A stretch of 64,000 bases of DNA, from assembly GCA_963837425.1 (NCBI GenBank), contig CAWINH010000002.1, forward strand, positions 355,175 to 419,174, given 5' to 3'. Position numbers and translations under genes: made by a program. The DNA comes from an uncultured Chloroflexia bacterium (GTDB lineage Bacteria; Chloroflexota; Limnocylindria; QHBO01). A model generated the notes under the pieces. It had not been told where the DNA came from and ran no database searches. It was given only the letters and a program-made list of their open reading frames with translations. Of this stretch, positions 29,704 to 43,384 are shown piece by piece (position 1 is the stretch's first letter; every line of letters starts with the position of its first letter).

Positions 29704-30759
29704 TGCCAACCCCCAAGCCGGGGCAGATCCGCTGCCCGACCTGTTCGCGCTCGACCCCGCCGGCGGCCTACTGCACGCAGTGCGGGTCGCCCATTCCGGT
29801 CTCGGTTCGCGCCAGACCGCGCGGTCTGGACCGCGAGGAGCTGGAGGAGCGCGTCCGCGGCCGGCGGCCGGAAGAGGCGCCGTTTCGGCGCGGCACCGAG
29901 CCGGACCCCTCCGACGTCTACCAGCCGTTCACGCCCGAGCCGGAGGACGCGCTCGCGGTTCGTGAGACGGAGGGCTCCGAGCCCGAGCCGCCGCGCGTCG
30001 ACAACGCGCCGCCGGACCTGTACGAGAGTCCTCCGGCCGCGGTCGGCGCTCCCCCCGCATGAGCAGGCTCCATCGGTCGAGGCCTGGGGTCCCGCCGATG
30101 CCGGAGGCGGCGAGGAGCCTCCCTATGCGGAGCCTCCATACGCCTCCCCGTACCTTCCCGAGGACCCGGGACGGCGCGATTCGGGCGCGCTCCCACTGCT
30201 CGGGTTCGCGGCCCTGGCCGTGATGGCGCTCGCGGTCGGCGTGATCCTGGCCGGGCTCTTCAGCCCGAGCGGGACGGCGGAGGCGTCTCCGACCCCCACC
30301 CTGGCCCCGACGGCGGCACCGACCCAGACCGCCGCCGCATCGGTGGCCCCGGAGTCGGTCGCGCCCGTGGAATCGTCAACGCCCGAACCCACCGATGGGC
30401 CGGTCACCTTCCCGGATGGCGCGATGCTGACCGTCCAGCCGTGCGGGACGTACGAGTTCCAGGATGACCTGAGCGGGTGCCTGGTCGACGGCTCGGTCCG
30501 CGACACCGGCACCGTGTGGGTTCTCGCCACGTTCAAGCGCGCCAACGGCAACGACCAGCTGTCGGTCGATTCTCCAGTCGAACGCAGACACGCTGGACCG
30601 GGTCGACCTGGCCATCGGGCAGGTCCTCCCCGACTGCTCCAATACGTGCAGCGGGCTCGTCTGGGTACGAACCTGGAAGGACCTCCAGCCGGGTACCTAC
30701 CACCTCGTCCTGCGCCGAAACGGCGGCTTCGCGGACAGCGCCGACTTCGTCGTCCAGTA
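29704..30759 (+). pseudogene. N-terminal zinc-ribbon, Pro-rich linker, TM helix and extracellular domain protein, with 2 frameshifts
   Basis: CPTCSRSTPPAAYCTQCGSP at the N-terminus. After a shift near 30040 comes the TM helix LLGFAALAVMALAVGVILAGLF and an ectodomain. After another shift near 30570 the C-terminus reads ...YHLVLRRNGGFADSADFVVQ. Confidence 0.4.
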
Positions 30760-30765
30760 GTGCGG

Positions 30766-31867
30766 TCAGGACTCGGTGTCGCTGCGCTCCCATGCCTCGC
30801 GGCTGATGCGCGTCGGCCGCGCCTCGCCTCCGGCCGCGCGTCGCCGATGGGCGAGCGCCGAGATGGCCTCGAGGACGCAGCGATGCGCCGCAGCGGCGGT
30901 GACCTCCGAGACGTCGTACGGCGGGCTCGACCTCCACGACGTCCATCCCAACCAGCTCGACCGCGGTGACGACCTGGCGGACGGCGCGCAGCAGCTCCCG
31001 GGTCAGCATCCCGCCCGGCTCGGGCGTGCCGGTCCCCGGCGCCATCCCCGGGTCGATGACGTCGATGTCAACTGAGAGGTAGATCACCTCTGGGCCGTCG
31101 AGCGCCTCGGCGATCGCATCGGCGATGACCGCCTCCGCCCCGCGCTCTTCGATCTCGGTCATGAAATGGCAGCGCAGCCCGTTCTCGCGCATCCAGGCCA
31201 CGGTGTCGGGTGGCGGCCAGTAGCCGCGCAGCCCGACCTGCACGAAGTTCCGGCCGGCGACCGCTCCCGACTCGATGAGACGGCGCATCGGGGTCCCGTG
31301 AGACCGGAGCACGCCCCACGTGGTGGCAGCGGTGTCGGCGTGCGCGTCGAAATGCACGACCCCGAGCCGCCGCGGGTCGACGGCCGCGGCGACCGCCGAT
31401 GCCGCCGGAAACGTGATCGAGTGGTCGCCTCCCAGCACGATCGGGATGGCGCCGCTGGCCGCGACCTCCGACACCTTGCGGCGAATGACCTCGTGCCCTC
31501 GATCGAGGTTTGCCGGGACCACCGGCGCGTCCCCGGCGTCCACCACGTCGAGCCATTCGAAGGGCAGGATGTCGAGCTGGAGCGAGTTGATGTCGCCCGA
31601 GTGATAGGACGCTGCCCGAATGGCGCGCGGTCCGAAGCGCGCCCCCGGACGGTTGCTGACCGCGTCATCCAGCGGCGCCCCGACGATCGCGACGTCCGGC
31701 CGACGCGAGGCGAGCTCCTCGGCGCCGGTCACGTAGGGCAGCTTCTGGAATGTGGGCAGGCCCACGTACGCGGGCAGGTCGAAGTCGTCGTAGGCGACGT
31801 AGGGATCGACGTCGCGCGGCGGATGCTCGTCGTTCACGCCACGCCGTCGGCGCATCTCGTCGACCAT
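30766..31867 (-). pseudogene. speB: Agmatinase/arginase-family ureohydrolase with one frameshift near the 3' end
   Basis: GGDHSITFPAASAV, DAHADT, SVDIDVIDPGMAPGTGTPEPGG. The C-terminus VSPPYDVSEVTAAAAHRCVLEAIS is in the neighbouring frame (30766-30951). Confidence 0.6.
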
Positions 31868-31980
31868 GGCTGGCCCCCGAACGCATCCCGGGCGGACGCC
31901 GTCGCGGCGCGGAGCAGGCCCGTCACGGGGTCACCGCCCGCGATCCTACCAGAGCGGCCTCCCCTGCTACCATCGCCAGG

Positions 31981-32304
31981 ATGGCGCAAGGCCGACGCGT
32001 GTACACCATCGAGGAGGCGAACGAGCTCCTGCCACAGGTGCGCGCGATCATTCTCGGGCTTGCGGTGGAGCAGCATCGGACGGCCGGCGGCGGCGACGCG
32101 GCGAGTGGGCAGGCGGCCGTCACCGCATTCGTGTCGTTGCTCGACGAGCTCGGCGTCCAGCTGCGCGACATCGAGATGGGCCTCGTCGATTTCCCGGCGG
32201 AGCGCGACGGACGACCGGTCTGGCTGTGCTGGCGCCTCGCCGATCCGACGGTGGCCCACTGGCACGGCACGCAGGAGGGCTATGCCTCGCGACGAACGTG
32301 GTGA
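31981..32304 (+). CDS. DUF2203-family small protein
   Basis: MAQGRRVYTIEEANELLPQVRAIILGL; overlaps the start of the downstream kinase. Confidence 0.4.
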   Translation: MAQGRRVYTIEEANELLPQVRAIILGLAVEQHRTAGGGDAASGQAAVTAFVSLLDELGVQLRDIEMGLVDFPAERDGRPVWLCWRLADPTVAHWHGTQEGYASRRTW

Positions 32305-33235
32305 TCGCCCGCGGTCGCTGGTCGCGGTGCTCGGCGACGCCACGCTGGACGTCCACGCGGTCCTTGGCGAGGCTCCGCGGCGCGGCGGCGACGTCCCGGC
32401 CGTGATCGGGGTGGGAGCCGGGGGCCAGGCGGCGAACGTCGCCGTCCGGCTCGCGCGACGCGGCGTTCCGGCCCGGCTGGTCGCTGCGATTGGCGGCGGC
32501 CCGGATGGGATCCTGCTTCGCGACCTGCTCGAGATCGAGGGGCCCCGCCTCGCCCTCTTTCCCCTTCCCGGCGAACGAGCCTCGCTGGTGATCGTCCTCG
32601 TTGACCCGGACGGGGAGCGCTCGATGATCTCCGACCGGGAATCGCTGACCGCGGAGGCGCTCCCGGACGCGACCGCCGGGGCGACCTGGGTGCACTGCTC
32701 GGGATATGCGCTCGACGACGAGGAGACCGGCGCGGACGTGGCCGCGTTCCTCGCCCAGCTGCCCCGACAGGTTCGTCGCAGCGTCGCCGGCGGATCGCTC
32801 TCGCCGGATCCCGCGAGGGCCGAACGATTCCGCGCCCGGCTGAGTGCGACGCGCCCGGCACTGGCCGTGTTCGACCTCCACGAGGCGCGCGCCCTGCTCG
32901 GCGATGACCGTGCGACGCCCGTGGGTGCGGCCCGCGCGCTGGCGGCTGACGCCGCGATCGCGGTAGTGACGGCGGGGGAGGCCGGATCGTCAGCGGCGTT
33001 CGACGACGGCTCGCTCGAGGTGGCCGCGGCGCCGATCGCCGGCGACGTGCTCGATGCCACGGGCGCCGGCGACGCGTACGTCGCCGCTCTGATCGCCTGG
33101 CTTCACGACGTGCCATTTCCTCCCGACGAGGCGGTCGTCCGCGATGCGATGACGGCGGCCAGCGTGCTCGGCGGCCGCGTCGCGCGAGTCGTCGGGGCCC
33201 AGGGCCGGGTCGCGGGCGAGGAGCCCCCATCGTGA
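32282..33235 (+). CDS. psuK: PfkB-family carbohydrate kinase, probably pseudouridine kinase
   Basis: [14 protein letters not shown] motif; sits immediately upstream of psuG. Confidence 0.55.
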   Translation: MPRDERGDRPRSLVAVLGDATLDVHAVLGEAPRRGGDVPAVIGVGAGGQAANVAVRLARRGVPARLVAAIGGGPDGILLRDLLEIEGPRLALFPLPGERASLVIVLVDPDGERSMISDRESLTAEALPDATAGATWVHCSGYALDDEETGADVAAFLAQLPRQVRRSVAGGSLSPDPARAERFRARLSATRPALAVFDLHEARALLGDDRATPVGAARALAADAAIAVVTAGEAGSSAAFDDGSLEVAAAPIAGDVLDATGAGDAYVAALIAWLHDVPFPPDEAVVRDAMTAASVLGGRVARVVGAQGRVAGEEPPS

Positions 33236-34171
33236 GGGCGCAGCCCGGTGGCCCGCTGACCATGGGCGAGGAGGTGAGGGCCGCCCTGGAGGCCGGCATC
33301 GGGGTGGTGGCGCTCGAGTCCAGCCTCATCGCCCAGGGCCTCCCGGCACCGGACAACCTCGAGACCGCGCGGGCAGCGGAGGCTGCGGTTCGGGAGGCCG
33401 GCGCCGTGCCGGCCACCACCGCGCTCGATGCCGGCAGGCTCCTCATCGGGGCTCCGTTCGAGGTCCTCGAGCGGCTCGCCGATCCTGGCACACAGCCGGC
33501 CAAGAGCGCGTCGCGCGACCTCGGTCCCCTGCTGGCGGCCGGCGTCGCTGGCGTCGACGACGGTGAGCGCCACGCTGCGGATCGCGCATATCGCGGGCGT
33601 ATCGGTCGCCGCCACCGGTGGGATCGGCGGCGTCCACCGTGGTGCCGCAGCCTCGTTCGACATCTCGTCCGACGTCGACGAGCTGGCCGCGACGCCGGTG
33701 GCCGTCGTCTGCAGCGGGGTCAAGTCGATCCTCGATCTGGCGGCCACGATGGAGCTCCTTGAGACGCGACGGATCCCGGTCGTGGGGCTGGGGACGGACG
33801 AGCTGCCGGCGTTCTACGCCGCGCGGTCCGGCCTCCGCTTGACGCACGTCGTCGCCGGGCCGGAGGCGGCGGCCCGGGTCGTCGGCGCGCATCGGGCCAT
33901 TCCGGGCGCCGGCGGGATGCTGCTCGTGCAGCCTCCACCAATCGAGGTCGCCCTCGAGGCCGGGGAGGTCGAGGGCTGGATCGCCGAGGCGCTCGCAGCC
34001 GCGGATCGGGCGGGCATTCGTGGCGGTGCGGTCACACCCTTCGTCCTCTCGCGGGTGGTGGCCGCCTCGGGTGGGCGAGCCCTGCGCGCGAACATCGGCC
34101 TCATCGTCAACAACGCCCATGCCGCCGGTCGGATCGCCGCCCAGCTGGCGACCATCGGGCACCGCGGCTAG
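33232..34171 (+). pseudogene. psuG: Pseudouridine-5'-phosphate glycosidase with one frameshift near 33540
   Basis: [25 protein letters not shown] at the N-terminus and [15 protein letters not shown]...[12 protein letters not shown] in the next frame. Confidence 0.6.
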
Positions 34172-34248
34172 GTTGCAGGCAGGTCTCATCGGGGCCGAGC
34201 TGGGGTATGCTGCCGCAGGTACGTGGGCGCTACGCAGCACGGAGGGTG

Positions 34249-34793
34249 CCATGCGCATCTACGACGGGAGCCCTCGGCAGGACTGGGAGGAAGTTCTCCG
34301 CGCGATCGGCCGATTCGTCGACCAGGAGCAGCTCAAGGAGCTGCTCTTCGTCGAGCTCGAGGGCGGCTTCCTGCTGCAGGGCCTCGCGCTGCCCAAGGGC
34401 GGGCATGATTCGGACACGATGGGTACGCTCGCCAAGCGGACGTACGAGCTGACCGATGAGCAGGTCGCTCAGCTCATGGATGACTCGAGCGCCCACCGGG
34501 ACACCGTGGACGCCAGTCAGCCGCAGACCAGCCTCACGAACTACTACGAGCAGGCAATGCGGGTCGTCGGGGGATGGGTGGACGCCCAGCGGACGCGCGA
34601 CCTCTTCTTCCTCGAGCAGGAAGGCTCCTTCGTGATCCGCATGCTCACCGCGAAGTCAGGCGGGACGATCGGCCATGAGCTGGCGGAGTTCACGAAAGAC
34701 GAAATACTGGCTATGATCGAGGCCGCACCACAGCATCGCGGCAGCGCGCCGGCCAAAGCCGACGCGGAATCCACTGGGGAGGCCTCGTCATGA
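34249..34793 (+). CDS. Hypothetical protein with an internal ~75 aa duplication
   Basis: Two halves (LLFVELEGGFLLQGLALPKGG and LFFLEQEGSFVIRMLTAKSGG) share a pattern; codon usage is GC3-rich. Confidence 0.4.
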
Positions 34794-34942
34794 AGGCGTT
34801 GAAGGTCCTGTTCATCAGCATTGGCGCGCTTCTGGCCGCCATGATCGTCATCCCGCTCACCATCCTCGCCGGCCTGTTCGTCTGGCTGAAGCTGACCGAG
34901 GAGAGCGACGAGGACGAGCTCGAGCTGGAGGACACCGTCTAG
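34790..34942 (+). CDS. Small (50 aa) single-TM protein with an acidic C-terminus
   Basis: MKALKVLFISIGALLAAMIVIPLTILAGLFVWLKLTEESDEDELELEDTV; ATGA overlap with the upstream gene. Confidence 0.3.
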   Translation: MKALKVLFISIGALLAAMIVIPLTILAGLFVWLKLTEESDEDELELEDTV

Positions 34943-35763
34943 CCGGTCGCCAGCCCCCACGCGGCGGTCCAGCACACCGCCGCCAGCAGCATTCCGATCC
35001 AGACCCTCCGTTCCGAGCCCGCGCCCTGTGCGACGGCGGCGAGGCCGATGACTCCGAGCGCGATCGACGCGGGCGTTGCTCGGCCCCCGACGATGAGCGC
35101 TCCACCCACTCCCAGCCCCACCGCCAGGCTCAGCAGGACGGCCACCCGCAACGTCGTCCTGCGGCCCAGCACCTGGGCCAGGCTGCGTGAGCCGGTTCTG
35201 CGGTCGGCCTCGAAGTCGCGAACCGTGTTCGCGAGGTGCGCGGCCACGGCAAAGGCCGCGGCCAGCGGGACGGCGGCAGCCACGCGATCCAGTCCGAGGC
35301 CTACGCCGGCCGCAATCCACAGCGGGAGGATGCCGAAGCTCACGACGTACGGCAGCGGCGAAAGCGGCGTCCGCGACAGGAAGAGGTTGTAGATCGCCGC
35401 GCTGGCGACCGCTGCCACGCTGAGGCCGAGAACGAGCGCGCCGAGGCGAGTGACCGCCGCGAGCATCACCGCCAGGCCGACCGACGCGATCCAGGCCGCC
35501 GCGTTCGGCGACAGGCTTCCGGCGGGAATCGGCTTCTCCTCGCGTCCGGCTGCCGCATCGCGGACGCGGTCGACGAGGTCGTTCGTAGCCCCGGTGAAGA
35601 CCTGCGAGCCGGCCACGCTGAGCACCATCAGCAGCCAGCGACCGCCGAGCCCGATGTCCGCCTGCGCCAGCAGGATGGCACCCAGCGCGGCGGCGATCGT
35701 CGTCACCGCGATCGAAGGCCCGAGGTGGATGACCCGCACCGCGGCGGAGGCGGTAGCCAGCAT
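34939..35763 (-). CDS. UbiA-family prenyltransferase
   Basis: NDLVDRVRDAAAGREEKPIPAG (the NDxxDxxxD motif) followed by multiple TM helices. Confidence 0.6.
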   Translation of the reverse strand: MLATASAAVRVIHLGPSIAVTTIAAALGAILLAQADIGLGGRWLLMVLSVAGSQVFTGATNDLVDRVRDAAAGREEKPIPAGSLSPNAAAWIASVGLAVMLAAVTRLGALVLGLSVAAVASAAIYNLFLSRTPLSPLPYVVSFGILPLWIAAGVGLGLDRVAAAVPLAAAFAVAAHLANTVRDFEADRRTGSRSLAQVLGRRTTLRVAVLLSLAVGLGVGGALIVGGRATPASIALGVIGLAAVAQGAGSERRVWIGMLLAAVCWTAAWGLATG

Positions 35764-35808
35764 GCGCACGATGATACGGATAGTGTCGGCACCCGCTAGG
35801 ATCGGCAG

Positions 35809-37017
35809 ATGGCGGGACCTGTCGAATTTCGGCCGATCGAAGTCTTCGTGGCACTCGTCGCCGCCTCGGCGGTCGTCGGGCTCGTCGTGCGGCGGGTCGC
35901 GGTGCCGTACACCGTTGCGCTCGTCGTCTTCGGGCTGGCGGCCGCGTTCTTCCTTCCCCAGATGGACTTCTCGATCGCCGAGGACGTCGTGCTCGTCGTC
36001 CTCCTGCCCGGCCTGATCTTCGAGGCGTCCTACCACCTCGACCTCGGTGAGCTGCGACGATCGTTCGGCGGCGTTGCGTTGCTGGCGATCCCCGGCGTCC
36101 TGCTGAGCGCCATGATCGTGGCCGCCTTCCTGTACCTCGTGGCGGGGATCGACTTCTCGCTCGGCTTCGTGGTGGGGGCCATCGTGGCCGCCACCGACCC
36201 GGCGGCGGTGATCGCCACCTTCAAGCGGATCGGCACGCCGCGCCGCCTGTCGACCCTCATCGAGGGCGAGAGCCTCTTCAACGACGGCACGGCCCTCGTC
36301 GTGTTCGCCATCGCACAGCGTGCGGTGACCGGTGAGGTGACGCTGTCCGGCGCGGTGGTCACGTTCTTCGCGACGGTTGCCATCAGCCTCGTCATCGGCA
36401 GCGTCATCGGCTTCGTGGCCTCCGCCATGGTGGCCACCGTCGACGATCACCTGCTGGAGCTGACCGTCTCGCTGGCCGCGGCCTACGGCGCCTACCTCGT
36501 CGCCGACATGTTTCACGAGTCCGGGATCATCGCCACCGTGGTGGCCGGGATCGTGTTCGGAAACTACGGCCGCAGCCTGGGCATGAGCGAGCGGACCCAG
36601 GAGGCGCTCGACACGGTGTGGGAGTTCCTCGCGTTCCTGCTCACCGCGCTCGTCTTCCTGCTCGTGGGCCTCGTCATCACCCTGCCCAGCCTCGTCGAGG
36701 CCATCTGGCCGATCATCGTCTGCGTGGTCGCGATCCTCGTCGGGCGGGCCGTGGCGGTGTACATCCTCGTCGGCGGCACATCCCGCCTCATCAGCGACCG
36801 ATTCCACCCAGGCATACCGATTGGCTGGCTGCACGTCATGTTCTGGTCCGGCCTGCGGGGCGCGGTGGCGGTGGCCATGGCGCTGTCGCTGCCGGCTGAC
36901 TTTCCTCAGCGCGCCGTGCTCCAGGAGATCACCTTCGGCGTGGTGCTCTTCACGCTCCTCGTGCAGGGCACGACCACCGAGCTCGTGCTCGAGCGGACCG
37001 GGGCGAACCGGGAGCGG

Positions 37018-37044
<27 letters not shown>
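35809..37044 (+). CDS. Na+/H+ antiporter, CPA1 (NhaP-type)
   Basis: 411 aa, 11-12 TM helices, ATDPAAVIATFKRIG and ESLFNDGTALVVF motifs. Confidence 0.7.
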
Positions 37045-40138
<3,094 letters not shown>

Positions 40139-40142
40139 GCCG

Positions 40143-41717
40143 ATGCCCTCGGCTCGCGGCTCGGCCGTCGCCGCGCTCGACATCGCCGCCTATCAGCGCG
40201 AGCTGAGCGCGTTCTACGCGGAGCGTGGCGCGGAATGGTATGCGGCGTTCTCGGGGTTGCAGGACGACCTCGAGCTTGAGCCGATCTATCGGCGACACGC
40301 GAGACTCTTCTCCGAGTCCGCGATCGACGGGCTGCGCCAGGCGGGGGACGGCACCGGTGACGCGGCGCGCCAGGCGCGTGCGCTGCTCGCCTTCGCGGTC
40401 GAGGGCCACCTCGAACGGCGCGTCGTGCATCTCACCGAGGCGATCGGGGAAGCGGAGGCCCGGGCGATCGTCGTGTGGCGTGGCGAGCGGATCCCGTATC
40501 GCGGCGCCTCGATCCGGGTCGCGGAGATGAGCGACCGGCGCGAGCGCAACGCGCTACAGGCGAGCTACCTCGAGGCGGTGGAGGCGATCAACCCCATGCG
40601 CACCGAGCGCTTCGACGGCATGCGCGCGGCGATCGCTGAGCTCGGTTACGCCGGCGAGCTCGAGCTCACGGCCCAGCTCCACGGCGTCGACGTCCGCAGC
40701 CTCGCAGGCGACCTGCGCGGCTTTCTCGCCGAGTCGGAGACGGTCTACTACGCGGCGCTCCGCCGTTACCTGGCAGAGATCGACATCGAGCAGGGCGACG
40801 CATCGACCGCCGACCTCGGCTACCTGCTCCGCGGCCGCGAGTGGGACGCCTGGTTCCCGCAGGCACGTCTCATGCCGGTCATGCGCGCCACGCTGTCAGG
40901 CATCGGCATTGATCTCGACGCGATGACGAATGTGACGCTCGATCTCGAGCCGCGCCCGGCGAAGACGCCGCGCGCCTTCGTCGTCCCGGTCCGCGTGCCG
41001 GGCGACGTGCGCCTCGTGCTCCAGCCGCGTGGCGGCTACGACGACTACGACGGCGTGCTCCACGAGCTCGGTCATCTGCTCCATTTCGCGCATGTCGGTC
41101 CACGGCTCGCCGCGGCATGGCGATTGCTCGGCGACGACTCGGTCACCGAGGGTTACGCGTTCCTGTTCCAGCACCTGATCCATGAGCCGGCATGGCTGGC
41201 GGAGCACCTCGAGATGCCGGACCACGAGATCGGACGCTGGCTGGACTTCGCTGCGTTCCGCCGGCTCGTGTACCTGCGCCGCTACAGCGCCAAGCTGCTT
41301 TACGAGATTCGGCTGCACGGGGACGGGGCGACCCAGGCGTCGCGCGCCTACTACGCCGGCCTGCTCGGCCTGCTGACCGGAGTGCGAACGCCCGAGGAAC
41401 CCTTCCTGGCCGATGTCGACGACCACCTGTACGCGGCCCGCTACCTGCGGGCCTGGATGCTCGAGGGCAGCCTGGCGGCGTCGATGCGTGCGGAGCACGG
41501 GGCGCGGTGGTGGTCGAGCGCCGCAGCCGGGGACACGCTGCGCGCCCTCTGGGCCCGTGGACAGGAGCCGAATGCGCATGACGTGGTTGCGCAACTCGGG
41601 TATGATCGTCTCGACTGGCGACCGGTCTTGCGTCAGATTCGGACGCAGCTCATTGGCGAAATGAGCGGATACGGCGGGCCCAACATCACCACCCGCGCGG
41701 GGACCCGCAAGGTCTGA
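40143..41717 (+). CDS. HExxH zinc metallopeptidase-like protein (M3/oligoendopeptidase-F-like)
   Basis: HELGHLLH followed about 25 aa later by TEGYAF; 524 aa. Confidence 0.4.
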   Translation: MPSARGSAVAALDIAAYQRELSAFYAERGAEWYAAFSGLQDDLELEPIYRRHARLFSESAIDGLRQAGDGTGDAARQARALLAFAVEGHLERRVVHLTEAIGEAEARAIVVWRGERIPYRGASIRVAEMSDRRERNALQASYLEAVEAINPMRTERFDGMRAAIAELGYAGELELTAQLHGVDVRSLAGDLRGFLAESETVYYAALRRYLAEIDIEQGDASTADLGYLLRGREWDAWFPQARLMPVMRATLSGIGIDLDAMTNVTLDLEPRPAKTPRAFVVPVRVPGDVRLVLQPRGGYDDYDGVLHELGHLLHFAHVGPRLAAAWRLLGDDSVTEGYAFLFQHLIHEPAWLAEHLEMPDHEIGRWLDFAAFRRLVYLRRYSAKLLYEIRLHGDGATQASRAYYAGLLGLLTGVRTPEEPFLADVDDHLYAARYLRAWMLEGSLAASMRAEHGARWWSSAAAGDTLRALWARGQEPNAHDVVAQLGYDRLDWRPVLRQIRTQLIGEMSGYGGPNITTRAGTRKV

Positions 41718-42073
41718 CCCAGCTAACGGTCGCGCGTCCCACCGGCGAGAGTGAATGGGCATGAACCTGTTCAGCCCCGCTCTCCCGCAACTTCACCCGG
41801 TCCGGCAGGGGCCGGGATACGGTGCGACGGCACCTGCTCCCCCACATGTGACGAGGTCGATTCCTCCATGAAGCACCGCTCGCAACAGAGGCGGACATGA
41901 GCGACGAAGCACGACCCCAGCGCCGCGGGCGACCGCGCCGCCGGCAGGACGGAGGCGCTCGCCGCGGTCAGGCCCGCACCACGTTCCCGCGGCGTCGCAA
42001 CGACTACGCATCGGGCCAGTACTCCTCCGTCTACGCGGGCCCGTTCCCCGTCGAGGGGGACGAGGGTGAGGGC

Positions 42074-43366
42074 ATGAACCTCGCCGACCTGCAGGCGAAG
42101 AGCGTCGACGAGCTCCGCGAGCTTGCCGCGGAGCACGATATCGAGGGCTACGAGGAGCTCGAGCACTCCGACCTCATTCTCAAGCTGCTCGACGTCGTCC
42201 CGCTCGCGCCGTCACAGAGCCGCCGCGACCAGAACGGAAAGCCCGGCGAGGCGGCGGGCATCCTCGAGATCGTCGACGAGGGGTTCGGCTTCCTGCGTCG
42301 ACACGGCGTCATGCCCTCCCCGGACGACATCTACGTGAGCTCCTCGCAGGTCCGTCGCTTCGGGCTGCGAACCGGCGACAAGGTGACCGGCCAGACCCGG
42401 CCCCCGAAGGACCAGGAGAAGTACTGGGGCCTGCTGCGGGTCGACACGGTCAACGGCGTCGATCCGGAGACCGCGAAGCGCCGTCCCGTCTTCGACACCC
42501 TGGTGCCGGTCTTCCCGGACGACATGTTCGACATCGAGACCGACCAGAAGAACCTCACCCAGCGACTCATCAACCTCATCAGCCCCATCGGCAAGGGGCA
42601 GCGCGGTCTCATCCTGTCGCCCGCCAAGGCCGGCAAGACGACCGTGCTCAAGCACATCGCGCACGGGATCACGGACAACTACCCGGAAAGCCTGCTGATG
42701 GTCGCGCTCATCGGGGAGCGTCCCGAAGAGGTCACCGACATGCAGCGGTCGGTACAGGGCGAGATCTACGCCTCCACGTTCGACGAGCCGACCGAGAACC
42801 ACACGCGGGTCGCGGAGATGGCACTCGAGATCGCCAAGCGCCAGGTGGAGACGGGCCGGGACGTCGTCGTTCTCCTCGACTCGATCACGCGACTGGCGCG
42901 GGCCTATAACCTCGCGCTGCCGGCCAGCGGCAAGACCCTGTCCGGCGGCGTCGACCCCGTCGCCCTCTATCCGCCGAAGCGCTTCTTCGGCGCGGCGCGC
43001 AATATCGAGCATGGCGGCAGCCTGACGATCATCGCCACCTGCCTTGTCGACACCGGCTCCCGGATGGATGACGTGATCTACGAGGAGTTCAAGGGGACCG
43101 GCAACATGGAGCTTGCCCTCGATCGCAAGCTGAGCGAGAAGCGGATCTTCCCGGCCATTGACGTCCTCCGATCCGGCACGCGCCGCGAGGAGCTGCTCCT
43201 CGACGAGAACTCCCTGAAGATGGTGTGGACGATGCGCCGCATGCTGAGCGCGGTGGGCCCGAACGAGGGGATCGAGCTGCTGATGCAGCGGCTCGGCAAG
43301 ACGAAGAACAACGCGGAATTCCTCGTCTCCCTCTCCAAGAGCGTCGAAGCCTCAGAACGCGCGTAG
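42074..43366 (+). CDS. rho: Transcription termination factor Rho (an upstream in-frame ATG at 41897 would add a 59 aa Arg-rich extension)
   Basis: [51 protein letters not shown]. Confidence 0.85.
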   Translation: MNLADLQAKSVDELRELAAEHDIEGYEELEHSDLILKLLDVVPLAPSQSRRDQNGKPGEAAGILEIVDEGFGFLRRHGVMPSPDDIYVSSSQVRRFGLRTGDKVTGQTRPPKDQEKYWGLLRVDTVNGVDPETAKRRPVFDTLVPVFPDDMFDIETDQKNLTQRLINLISPIGKGQRGLILSPAKAGKTTVLKHIAHGITDNYPESLLMVALIGERPEEVTDMQRSVQGEIYASTFDEPTENHTRVAEMALEIAKRQVETGRDVVVLLDSITRLARAYNLALPASGKTLSGGVDPVALYPPKRFFGAARNIEHGGSLTIIATCLVDTGSRMDDVIYEEFKGTGNMELALDRKLSEKRIFPAIDVLRSGTRREELLLDENSLKMVWTMRRMLSAVGPNEGIELLMQRLGKTKNNAEFLVSLSKSVEASERA

Positions 43367-43384
43367 CGGCCCTCGGCCCCGCTC

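Noticed and set aside
41897-42073. Treating the Arg-rich 59 aa in-frame stretch as the true N-terminus of Rho.
   Set aside because: The conserved Rho N-terminal helix starts at MNLADLQ (42074). Known actinobacterial Rho insertions are internal to the N-terminal domain, not an N-terminal prefix. It is kept as a finding, not as the called start.
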